This document shows positions 10,440-18,917 of a stretch of 64,000 nucleotides of DNA, in pieces. The notes below the pieces were generated by a model. It was not told where the DNA came from and searched no databases. It worked only from the letters and a program-made list of their open reading frames with translations. The stretch is from assembly GCA_019416265.1 (NCBI GenBank), contig DXXQ01000120.1:7141-71140 (forward strand), in the 5' to 3' direction. Source of the stretch: Clostridiales bacterium (GTDB taxonomy: Bacteria > Bacillota > Clostridia > Lachnospirales > Lachnospiraceae). How positions within the stretch are numbered: position 1 is the first letter of the stretch; each line of letters begins with the position of its first letter. The position numbers and the translations under genes are program-made.

Positions 10440-11297
10440 TTATTTGGAAAGTTCTTCCCACTCTGTTGTCTCGCCTGTGAAAATGGATTTAACCTGCTCG
10501 CTTGTCATATCTTCCATTTCGTTTGTATTGTTTACGATTACTGCAATACCATCTTTTGCGATAACTGTAGCTGTAAGACCATCTTTTTCCTCGTCTTTCA
10601 GATCACGGGATGCCATACCAATGTCGCAGATGCCGTCTTTTGCAGATGTGATACCTGTTGTGGAATCGCTCTGCTGAACTTCAATTGTCATGTCTTTATT
10701 GACTTCCTGATAAGCCTCGCTTAATTTTTCCATAACCGGTGTTACAGATGAGGAACCGGAAATAACTACTTTTCCGGATGGGTTTGTGCTTTCGTATGCC
10801 TGCGCTGCATCGTCCACCTTAATGTATCCGTTGTCTTCCACAATCTGCTGTCCTTCTGCACTGAGGATGAAGTTAATGAAATCCTGTGCTTCTGCGCTTA
10901 CTTCCTCCCCTGTGATGATGTTAAACGGACGGGATACTTTATAGCTGTCGTCTGCAACATTTTCCACGCTTGCCTCAACGCCGTCGATTTTCAGCGCCTT
11001 TACTGTGTCATTTAAGGATCCGAGAGAAATATATCCGATTGCATTTTCATCTCCTGCAACTGTTGTCATCATAACGGAGGTGCTGTTTGTCACGCTTGCT
11101 TCCTCTGTTGTCATATCTACCTTTTCACCGTCGATTTTTTCTTCAATTCCGAAAAGCTCTACAAATGCGCCTCTTGTTCCGGAGCCATCCTCACGGGAAA
11201 CAACGGAGATTTCTCCGCTTGCTGCGCTTACCACTGTAGTGATTACTGTTGCTCCGATTACTGCTGCTGTCAAAATAGATGCAATTCTTTTTTTCAT
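10440..11297 (-). CDS. pstS: Phosphate-binding protein PstS
   Basis: SREDGSGTRGAF, GSSSVTP, DIGMASR, AKDGIAVIVN motifs; heads the pst operon. Confidence 0.93.
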   Translation of the reverse strand: MKKRIASILTAAVIGATVITTVVSAASGEISVVSREDGSGTRGAFVELFGIEEKIDGEKVDMTTEEASVTNSTSVMMTTVAGDENAIGYISLGSLNDTVKALKIDGVEASVENVADDSYKVSRPFNIITGEEVSAEAQDFINFILSAEGQQIVEDNGYIKVDDAAQAYESTNPSGKVVISGSSSVTPVMEKLSEAYQEVNKDMTIEVQQSDSTTGITSAKDGICDIGMASRDLKDEEKDGLTATVIAKDGIAVIVNNTNEMEDMTSEQVKSIFTGETTEWEELSK

Positions 11298-11367
11298 GAT
11301 TTTTTCTCCTCTTTTATTATACTTATTATTTTGTTTTCCTGTTTTCTTTGCCTTACTGACAGGACTT

Positions 11368-11422
11368 AGTATAAAAAAAGAAAGTTAAATGTAAAATCGC
11401 GGCTTTGTAAAATCTTCGTAAA
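11368..11422 (-). promoter_or_regulatory. pstS promoter with Pho-box-like direct repeats
   Basis: Minus strand TTTACG-N5-TTTACA (11-bp period), then TTTACA-16 bp-TATACT; resembles the Firmicutes PhoP TT(A/T/C)ACA repeat. Confidence 0.65.
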
Positions 11423-11545
11423 TTGCGGTTTCCCAAAGTTTCTCACTGCAGATTCTCACTATTTCCCTCTGTAAACAGAAAAAGCAAAGGAAAACAGATG
11501 TAATTGCAATACATACTGTTTCCCTTCGCTTTCCTTCATAATTTC

Positions 11546-12331
11546 CTATATCACACTCCGAAGATGCTCCACAAACATCCTGCGGATTTCGGGGTATTCG
11601 CCAAGTCCTTTAAGGATAGGTTCTACTTCATAGCCTTCTGCCTTAAACCTGCTGTACCAGGAATCCTTATCATCTCCCGCCATGTCGTTTTTGGCGTGGT
11701 CGCCTGCCACGATCATAAAGGGCGCAAGATAAACTTTGGATGGCTGAAATTCCCTGACCTGTTCCAGAAGTGTTTCCATAGACGGATATGCCTCTACTGT
11801 ACCAAGGAAAATATTCCTGTGCCCTCTGTCTTTAAATGCACGGTCAATTGCTGTGTACACAGAATTCGCATGGTGAGTGGTTCCGTGTCCCATCAGAACA
11901 AGAACTTCGTCCTCTTTCAAAAAAGAAAATTTCTGCGCAATGATGTCTATTACCTCCACACTGTCCTGCTCCTCTGTGAGAAGAGGATTGCCAAAAGAAA
12001 TAGACTGAAAATCATCTTTATAAGAAAGAACCTCTTCCTTCATCACTTCGCTTTCTATACCGTTTATCACATGAGTTGTCTGCACAAAGACATCTGTAAT
12101 CCCGTCCCGGCGCATCTGCTCCAGGGCCTCTTTAATCGTATTAATATGAACATTATCTCTGTTCTTCAGTTTCCTGATAATCATTTTGCTTGTCCAGGCA
12201 CGATAAAGCGGATACTCAGGAAACGCTTCCTGCAGGGCTTTTTCAATCTCATCTATCGTGGCCTTTCTTGTATCATTGTGACTGGTTCCAAAACTCACAG
12301 CCAAAATTGCTTTTTTTGTGTTCTGACACAT
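11546..12331 (-). CDS. cbiK: Sirohydrochlorin cobaltochelatase CbiK
   Basis: AVSFGTS, LMGHGT, GTVEAYP, PFMIVAGDHAKNDMAGD, KGLGE motifs. Confidence 0.92.
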   Translation of the reverse strand: MCQNTKKAILAVSFGTSHNDTRKATIDEIEKALQEAFPEYPLYRAWTSKMIIRKLKNRDNVHINTIKEALEQMRRDGITDVFVQTTHVINGIESEVMKEEVLSYKDDFQSISFGNPLLTEEQDSVEVIDIIAQKFSFLKEDEVLVLMGHGTTHHANSVYTAIDRAFKDRGHRNIFLGTVEAYPSMETLLEQVREFQPSKVYLAPFMIVAGDHAKNDMAGDDKDSWYSRFKAEGYEVEPILKGLGEYPEIRRMFVEHLRSVI

Positions 12332-12371
12332 TCTTTTTTCCTCCGTAACAGGGGTTTCTTATTTTTCTTAT

Positions 12372-14180
12372 TTACATCCGCAGCTTTTTCTTAAACTCCC
12401 GCAGCGTGTCCTTTCTTCGAAAGATAAACAGCCACACAAGAAGAAGGAAGCTGCATCCTCCGCACACTACGTCAAGGTAAATGAACTTCGAGATTCCCGT
12501 CCATACAAATAAAAGCGGAATACATCCCAGCATCCCTGCCTGCACCAGATAAAACAGATATTCCTCCACTGCCAGGGAACTCACACGGGCGATCACCGGA
12601 ATGGAAACACTCACACACAGGGATGCCAGCGGCACGATCACCTCCACAGACCAGCGGCGCCAGCCTGTGAAAAAATCCCACAAAATACAGATGGCCGTAC
12701 CGATCAGAAGCTGCCACATCTCATTTTTGAGAATATTTCTCCGCTTCCTGTAGGCAACCGCAACAATCAGCCAGGTGCAAAGGCATCCTGCCGCCGCAAA
12801 CAAACTCCAGGTCGCCTCTTTATGCATCATAAAATCCATCATCCCACACAGAACTGCAGCTGCAATGCACAGGAAAGTGAAGGTCTGAAAAATTTTTCTG
12901 CCTCTGCTGCTCTCCTTCTCCATTCCCGGAAAGTCATTTTTTTCTGTCCTTACGGGAATATCGGCTTCTTTCAGCATCCTCTGCATATTTCTCTCAATGC
13001 TCCGCCCTGCAATCTTGGAAGTAAATCCCAACACCATCTCATTTTCGTAGGAACAGGAACAAAGCTGCATGGTATTGGTGCTTGCCAGAAGCCCGAACCG
13101 GTCTATATATTCCCTGTATTCTTCCGGAAACCGGATAATTCCCACATTGGAATATACGGCTGTAATACTGCGCCTGTCCAGATTTCCCCCGACCATCAGA
13201 GCCTGCTTCTTAATTTCCAGAGGAACCGCCCTGAGAAACGGGTTCTTTTCCAGACGTACATAGTCATTCATCCGCATGGCTATCTTCTCTTTCACAAGCT
13301 CTGTCTCAAACTGCTCTTTTACACCCTGCAATACCTCTTCAAATTTCGTTTCTCCTGTAAAGGTATATCCCACTTCTATACATCCGAAAAAGTTTGCCAT
13401 AGACTGGGAGGGAAAATAGTTCCTGAGATTAACAGGCACAAGAAGCCTCACCGGCTGTTTCCGGCTGTTTCCCGACAATTCCTCATGAATGGCACACAGA
13501 AACATTACTGTCAGAAGAACCGTTATGGAAACACCCATAGATCTGGCTTTCGCAAGCGTTTCCTTCACCGGAATGACAACCTCTGTAACATTCATCTCAT
13601 CGTGGGTAAGCTTTTCTCCCCGAATACGGGCTGCCCGTATCCTCTGTTTCTTTCCCTTGGGCAGTTCCGAGGAATAATACTGGGAAAAGCTGTCTTCCTC
13701 CCTGTCCCTGGCCGTAATTGTGTCATCCGCCGGAAGCCGTCTCAGTTCTCTGTCCGGATGCGCCAGAATCAGATAGTCCTGTACCAGCTCCTGTAAAAAA
13801 TGCATAGCTCCCGTCCCGTCGGTCAGAGCATGAAAAACTTCAAAGTTCATGCGGTTCTTGTAATAGCTCACTTCCAGCAGAAGCGCCTTTTTATCCGGAA
13901 TGTAAAGTCTGCTGCAGGGTGGTTTGCTCTCCTTTTGCACCATAGCGCGCAGCTCCCTGTGCTCCAGATAAAACCAGAAAAGTCCTTTCCGAAGCACTGC
14001 CTGAAACAGGGGATATTTTTCCATCGCCATATCTAAAGCCTTCTGAAGGATTTCTCCGTCCACAGGCTCTTTTAGCTGACAGTAAAACCGAAACACTCTG
14101 GTATGGTTTTTTCCGGTGAGAGCCGGATATGCCAGAGCTGCATTGTCTAATTTTCTCCATTTTGAATATTTGAATTCCAA
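12372..14180 (-). CDS. CoA-dependent acyltransferase (alcohol acetyltransferase/condensation-like) fused to a C-terminal multi-pass membrane domain (DUF6320-like)
   Basis: HxxxDG motif FHALTDG, VPVNLRNYFPSQSMANFF; last ~175 aa contain five to six hydrophobic helices. Confidence 0.7.
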   Translation of the reverse strand: MEFKYSKWRKLDNAALAYPALTGKNHTRVFRFYCQLKEPVDGEILQKALDMAMEKYPLFQAVLRKGLFWFYLEHRELRAMVQKESKPPCSRLYIPDKKALLLEVSYYKNRMNFEVFHALTDGTGAMHFLQELVQDYLILAHPDRELRRLPADDTITARDREEDSFSQYYSSELPKGKKQRIRAARIRGEKLTHDEMNVTEVVIPVKETLAKARSMGVSITVLLTVMFLCAIHEELSGNSRKQPVRLLVPVNLRNYFPSQSMANFFGCIEVGYTFTGETKFEEVLQGVKEQFETELVKEKIAMRMNDYVRLEKNPFLRAVPLEIKKQALMVGGNLDRRSITAVYSNVGIIRFPEEYREYIDRFGLLASTNTMQLCSCSYENEMVLGFTSKIAGRSIERNMQRMLKEADIPVRTEKNDFPGMEKESSRGRKIFQTFTFLCIAAAVLCGMMDFMMHKEATWSLFAAAGCLCTWLIVAVAYRKRRNILKNEMWQLLIGTAICILWDFFTGWRRWSVEVIVPLASLCVSVSIPVIARVSSLAVEEYLFYLVQAGMLGCIPLLFVWTGISKFIYLDVVCGGCSFLLLVWLFIFRRKDTLREFKKKLRM

Positions 14181-15115
14181 TGTTCTACCGCTTCCCTTTT
14201 CAAAAATTCGTTCATATATTCAAAGCTTTCCTGCACATGAAGAAATCGGATTCCCAGAGCAAAAAAGCCGTGAAGTGCATCTTTGATTCTGTGGATCTCC
14301 ACATAATTTCCGGCTTCCCGAAGTTTTTCTCCGTAGGCCTCCCCCTCGTCCCGCAAAGGGTCAAATTCTGCTGTCAGAATCAAAGTTTCCGGCATGTGGT
14401 GCAAATCCTTCGCCAGTATCGGTGCAAACAGAGGATTGTTTCTGTCCTGCGGGCTGCTCTGGTAAAGGCTCAGGAAGTTTTCCATTTTTGATGCTGTCAG
14501 AAGGTATCCCTGTCCGTTTTCCTTTACAGAAGGATAGGGGGATTCTTCCGTATAGCAGTTGTTCAGTGCCGGATATATGAGAATCTGCCTTCTTGGCATA
14601 AAATCCCCTCTCTCCTTTGCAAGGAGCGTTACTGCTGCCGCCAGGTTTCCTCCTGCACTGTCTCCCATAATTGTAATTTTATCCGAAGGAATCTTCGGGT
14701 CTTCATAAAGAGCCTTTGCCGCTGCATAGCAATCTTCCAGCCCTGTCGGGAACGGATACTCCGGAGCCAGCCTGTACTCTACAGACGCTACAATGTGAGA
14801 GGTGGACTGTGCCATACGGGCGCAGACGCGGTCGTAGTTTTCCACGCTTTCTTTAATCCAGCCTCCGCCATGAAAAAAGAGCAGAATGGGGAAGGTATAA
14901 CCTTCCTCCACCACTGCCCTCATAGCCTGTTCTGTAGGAAAATACAGTCTCACAGGAATTTCATGTTCTCCGTTACAGATCCGCACATCCAGTTTCTTCA
15001 AAAAAATCCGTATAGTGTCCAGTTTCCTCAAATCCGCTATACGTCTGGCAGATTCCACATCCTTACTGTCATAGGACAGTGCCTGCAGAATCCTGCGTAC
15101 TGTCTTTGAAATCAT
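14147..15115 (-). CDS. Alpha/beta hydrolase, hormone-sensitive-lipase-like esterase
   Basis: HGGGW oxyanion motif, YRLAPE, GDSAGG nucleophile, DPLRDE, HGF. Confidence 0.93.
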   Translation of the reverse strand: MISKTVRRILQALSYDSKDVESARRIADLRKLDTIRIFLKKLDVRICNGEHEIPVRLYFPTEQAMRAVVEEGYTFPILLFFHGGGWIKESVENYDRVCARMAQSTSHIVASVEYRLAPEYPFPTGLEDCYAAAKALYEDPKIPSDKITIMGDSAGGNLAAAVTLLAKERGDFMPRRQILIYPALNNCYTEESPYPSVKENGQGYLLTASKMENFLSLYQSSPQDRNNPLFAPILAKDLHHMPETLILTAEFDPLRDEGEAYGEKLREAGNYVEIHRIKDALHGFFALGIRFLHVQESFEYMNEFLKREAVEHWNSNIQNGEN

Positions 15116-15127
15116 GTTTTACCTCGA

Positions 15128-16003
15128 TCAATCGCCTAATTTTTTACCTGTAAGCATTTCATATCCCTGAAGATATTTCTCAATTGTTTTGTCTACGATT
15201 TCTTCCGGTAAAGTCCAGTTATTGTCCGGATTTGCTTTCAGCCAGTCGCGGGCAAACTGTTTGTCAAAGGACGGCTGTCCGTGTCCCGGTTCATAGCCTT
15301 CTGCCGGCCAGAATCTGGAGCTGTCCGGTGTCAGCATTTCATCACCGATCACAATGTTGCCTTCTTCATCCAGACCGAACTCAAATTTCGTATCTGCAAT
15401 GATAATTCCCTTGCTCAGAGCGTATTCCGCACATTTTTTGTAAAGAGCGATTGTGCAGTCACGAAGCTTCTCAGCGTATTCCTGTCCTTTGCCCGGGAAG
15501 TATTTCTCAAGGTGAGCGATACTCTGCTCAAAGGAAATATTCTCGTCGTGATCGCCGATTTCAGCCTTTGTAGATGGTGTGTAGATTGGCTCAGGCAGCT
15601 TGTCAGATTCTTTCAATCCTTCCGGAAGCTCGATTCCGCAGACCTTGCCTGTTTCCTTGTAGCTTTCCCAGCCGCTTCCTGTGATATAACCGCGAACAAT
15701 ACACTCGATGGGAAGCATGTTCAGTTTACGGCACATCATGCTGTTTCCGTTGAATTTATCCTGCTGGAAAAACTCCGGCATATCTTTCACATCTACAGAA
15801 ATCATGTGGTTCGGAAGAATGTCCTCTGTCATGTCAAACCAGAATTTAGACATCTGGGTAAGAACGGTACCTTTCTTTGTCACTTCATTCTTAAGAATAA
15901 CATCGAAGCAGCTGATGCGGTCTGTTGCAACCATGATCAGGCTGTCACCGTTATCATAGATCTCACGTACTTTACCCTCTTTAATAGGTTTCATTTCCTG
16001 CAT
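15128..16003 (-). CDS. purC: SAICAR synthetase
   Basis: ATG 16003 with RBS GAGGTG; EGKVREIY, ATDRIS, ECIVRGY, ADTKFEFG, TPDSSRFW. Confidence 0.97.
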   Translation of the reverse strand: MQEMKPIKEGKVREIYDNGDSLIMVATDRISCFDVILKNEVTKKGTVLTQMSKFWFDMTEDILPNHMISVDVKDMPEFFQQDKFNGNSMMCRKLNMLPIECIVRGYITGSGWESYKETGKVCGIELPEGLKESDKLPEPIYTPSTKAEIGDHDENISFEQSIAHLEKYFPGKGQEYAEKLRDCTIALYKKCAEYALSKGIIIADTKFEFGLDEEGNIVIGDEMLTPDSSRFWPAEGYEPGHGQPSFDKQFARDWLKANPDNNWTLPEEIVDKTIEKYLQGYEMLTGKKLGD

Positions 16004-16158
16004 TTTTTCGCACCTCAACATTTTGTATATTTTTCTTGTGTTACCTAAGTAGTTCAGCTTATAGAATACCTCATAATATAAGCAGTTACAAGCGATTACA
16101 GGCAAAAAGTTTGTTTGTGAGACTATTTGTTTTTGTATGTCTGTAAGAAGTCTTCTTT

Positions 16159-16923
16159 TTATTCCTCACTTTTCTGTAAAGTAAAAGGTATCTTGCAGCG
16201 ATATACGTCATCTGCACTTTTTGCATCTTTTTCCATTGCGCTTCCTGTGCAGAACAAATCCAGTTTTTCCGGTTCCGAAGTTCCGTTTCTTCTGCTTCCA
16301 TATAGAAACAGGATGGCTTTATCGTCGCTGATACTTTTAAAATCACAGGCATAGGTATCCATGGCAAGCTCCTCTGTAAACTTGAATCCTGCTCCTATAT
16401 ACAGAAGCTCTCTCCCTTTTTCTGCCGCATATTCCCCTACTGTCTGCTCTGATTCGATCCCCAGATAATACAAGGTATCTGTATCCATAACATCCTGAGG
16501 TACCAGAAGATATTTCTCCGGTTTTACCGCCTGCACTTCTACTGTGATATAAACAGAATTGTCGTCATATAGCGCCTCTTTTACCTCAAAGGAAGCAAGA
16601 GCGTTTTCTGCTTTTTCCCCTATATCCGTCTGTGTCTTTTTTACCGTAGCTTCTGACACTGCCAATCCGTTTCTTTCCATGAAATCAAACAATCCGAAAT
16701 GGCTGCCCACTGCATATACGCCGGTTCCGGCCAGAACCGTACAGGCAATCGCAACAATCGCTGTTTTCCGGACTCTTTTCCATGAATGTATTCTTCTGCC
16801 TGTTTCTTCCGGTTCCTCGTTTTTCAGATATGTTAAAGTGTTCTCTATCCTTGCGTTTACTGTTTCCGGTATTTCTGTTTCCTCTGTAAAACTCTGAAAT
16901 AATTTATTATCCATCTTACTCAT
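16159..16923 (-). CDS. Putative anti-sigma factor (DUF4179-like, single TM)
   Basis: ATG 16923 (RBS GGAGG); short cytoplasmic N-terminus, one TM ending GVYA, extracytoplasmic domain; directly after an ECF sigma. Confidence 0.7.
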   Translation of the reverse strand: MSKMDNKLFQSFTEETEIPETVNARIENTLTYLKNEEPEETGRRIHSWKRVRKTAIVAIACTVLAGTGVYAVGSHFGLFDFMERNGLAVSEATVKKTQTDIGEKAENALASFEVKEALYDDNSVYITVEVQAVKPEKYLLVPQDVMDTDTLYYLGIESEQTVGEYAAEKGRELLYIGAGFKFTEELAMDTYACDFKSISDDKAILFLYGSRRNGTSEPEKLDLFCTGSAMEKDAKSADDVYRCKIPFTLQKSEE

Positions 16924-16936
16924 AAGAAGCCTCCGT

Positions 16937-17431
16937 TCACATCTCATACTCTTTACGCAGCTTTTCTCTCGCTCTGGAAAGGCGGGTGAGAACTGTATTC
17001 TGATTCAGTTCAAGCAGTTTGCTGATTTCTTTTACGCTGAATCCCTGACCATAATAAAGGGTTACGATTACCCTGTATTTTTCATCAAGTTTTAAAAGAA
17101 TTTCTTTCCACTCACACTCATGGTATCCGTATTCTTCATAGGCTGCCTCCGCCTGTTCGAACTCTACCATTTCCTTTCTGCGTGTTTTCAGTAAATTGTT
17201 GCACTGATTCATCAGTATTCGTATGAGCCACGTTTTAAAGTATTTGCTTTTCTTTAGTGTACCAAGCTTTTCATAACAGATCAGGATTGTTTCCTGTATG
17301 GCATCCGCCGCATCTTCCTCATTCTTCAGATATGCCCAGGCTACTTTATACATACTTTGGGTGTTCATCCGAATCAGTTGGGCGAAGGCGTCTGTATCAC
17401 CTTTCTTTGCCTTCTTCACAAGTATTTCCAT
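16937..17431 (-). CDS. ECF RNA polymerase sigma factor
   Basis: ATG 17431 (RBS GGAGG); region 2 (DAADAIQET, FKTWLIRIL) and region 4 (SVKEISKLL, TVLTRLSRAR). Confidence 0.93.
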   Translation of the reverse strand: MEILVKKAKKGDTDAFAQLIRMNTQSMYKVAWAYLKNEEDAADAIQETILICYEKLGTLKKSKYFKTWLIRILMNQCNNLLKTRRKEMVEFEQAEAAYEEYGYHECEWKEILLKLDEKYRVIVTLYYGQGFSVKEISKLLELNQNTVLTRLSRAREKLRKEYEM

Positions 17432-17474
17432 GAAATCTCCTCCCGCGAACTGTTTATTTATTGTATACACTAAT

Positions 17475-17503
17475 TAGACGCGTAAGATAGATATTTTATT
17501 TCA
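17475..17503 (-). promoter_or_regulatory. Probable autoregulatory ECF promoter
   Basis: TGAAAT-17 bp-CGTCTA, close to the Bacillus SigV/W/X/M TGAAAC...CGTC consensus. Confidence 0.65.
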
Positions 17504-17526
17504 GTACTGTTTATAGAAATCCTGTT

Positions 17527-17748
17527 TTATTTTTCTTTACATTTTATTCCATAATTTCCTCTGCTGCCGTTTTCATATCCCCTGTAGATTTCATATCTTT
17601 TTCCATTTATCTCAACTTCATCGTCACTGATAAAAGTACAGGATTCTCCTGTTTTTTCACAGTATTTTGAAATTGCCTCCATGGTTTTGGCAAGAGTAGG
17701 ATACTTTGAACTGTCCTCATAAGGAACCCAAAAAGCTTTTTTAAACAT
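17527..17748 (-). CDS. Small hypothetical protein, DUF4318-like
   Basis: 73 aa, RBS AAGGAGG; F...YP...AI.KYC...INGKRY...IKC pattern as I recall it for this clostridial family. Confidence 0.65.
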   Translation of the reverse strand: MFKKAFWVPYEDSSKYPTLAKTMEAISKYCEKTGESCTFISDDEVEINGKRYEIYRGYENGSRGNYGIKCKEK

Positions 17749-17782
17749 CTAAACGTCCTCCTTGTAAATAATTCCAAACCTT

Positions 17783-18697
17783 TTATTTTTTCCCTGTTTT
17801 CCCATCCAGATTTCTGTACAGGAGGTATGCGTGAATAAATTCCGCTATTCCCATAAGCACGATCAGCGCTAACAGGATCATCCCCTCCTTCGTGGTAAAA
17901 TACTCCATAAAGGACAGTCCTCCTGCTCCTCCCATCATAAGGAACATGATAAATATGAAGACGGCTGCCGGCAGGCTGTGATGAAGTATTTTCATAATCC
18001 TGCGGCGTTTGGGATGCATCTCCGCTTCGTAAAGCTCAGGATGTATCATCTCGCAGTGGATAACTGCCACCGGTACCCGGTATGCCCGTCCGTAATTCCG
18101 TTCCGCCCGATACTCTATACCGTCAATAGTAAATTCCGGATACATCCCTTCTTTTGTGATTATCATGTCCAGATTGTTTTCATTTGCATATGCCAGAAGC
18201 GCGTCTGTAAATTCTCTGGGGTTGGTAACTGCCCCGTCCGGCATAAAAGTAAAGACACGTTCGTGCTCCTCCTTCGCCACTGTTTTGTAGTCTTCCATCC
18301 AGCGTGTAAAATACCCGCTCTTCGAAGGCTCTCTATCCATTTTTTCCAGACATTCGTCCACGTTCAATTCCTCCAGAGAAATCTTCTGCCTCTCCAGATT
18401 TTCACAAAAAAGAATTGCCGCCTGCAGCTTCTGTGTCTGCTGCTCCAGTTCCAGCTTCTGCATTTCCAGAGCATCTTCCATAGAAAGATTCCCCTCCAGA
18501 ACAAGACGGATCTGTTCAATGGGCATATCAAGCATCCTCAGCATACGGATGATCTTTAAGGTTCTGATATTTTCCTCATCGTAATCTCTATAAGAATTCA
18601 CCGGATTTCTCTTTGGCGTTATCAGTCCCTCTTTTTCATAATAACGGATATTCTGCCCGGAAATGCCGCTGACCTTTTCCGCTTCCTTTACATTCAT
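17783..18697 (-). CDS. MerR-family regulator with C-terminal transmembrane helices
   Basis: MerR HTH (VKEAEKVSGISGQNIRYYEKEGLI, NSYRDY), coiled coil, small soluble domain, two hydrophobic helices. Confidence 0.9.
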   Translation of the reverse strand: MNVKEAEKVSGISGQNIRYYEKEGLITPKRNPVNSYRDYDEENIRTLKIIRMLRMLDMPIEQIRLVLEGNLSMEDALEMQKLELEQQTQKLQAAILFCENLERQKISLEELNVDECLEKMDREPSKSGYFTRWMEDYKTVAKEEHERVFTFMPDGAVTNPREFTDALLAYANENNLDMIITKEGMYPEFTIDGIEYRAERNYGRAYRVPVAVIHCEMIHPELYEAEMHPKRRRIMKILHHSLPAAVFIFIMFLMMGGAGGLSFMEYFTTKEGMILLALIVLMGIAEFIHAYLLYRNLDGKTGKK

Positions 18698-18747
18698 AGC
18701 TTTTGCTCCTCTCCTTCAAGAATGCTCCCGCATTCCTGTGTTTATGG
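18630..18747. repeat. 118-bp direct repeat, copy 1 (merR 5' UTR, RBS and first 22 codons)
   Basis: TCTTTTTCATAATAACGG...CCTGTGTTTATGG, identical by eye to 32426-32543. Confidence 0.95.
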
Positions 18748-18751
18748 CTAT

Positions 18752-18782
18752 ATTATAAGGGTTGGAGTAAGTATAAGGTCAA
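18752..18782 (-). promoter_or_regulatory. merR promoter with long 19-bp spacer
   Basis: TTGACC-19 bp-TATAAT; an elongated spacer is the hallmark of MerR-controlled promoters. Confidence 0.75.
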
Positions 18783-18826
18783 GTATTTTGGGATTTATTT
18801 TATGAAATATCAAAAATCATCCTCCC

Positions 18827-18875
18827 AAAACAAAGAAAAGCTCTCCCATGACGCCAAAACTGCCACGGGAGAACT
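18827..18875 (-). terminator. Intrinsic terminator of the glycosidase operon
   Basis: Minus strand AGTTCTCCCGTGGC...GTCATGGGAGAGCT followed by TTTCTTTGTTTT. Confidence 0.7.
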
Positions 18876-18917
18876 CTCTCAATATTTCCAAATTTTTATA
18901 ATTCTTTCATCGTCGTT

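Noticed and set aside
12332..16158. Cobalamin riboswitch before cbiK, or purine/ZTP riboswitch before purC
   Set aside because: Only about 40 bp precede cbiK, and no riboswitch core motif was recognisable upstream of purC.
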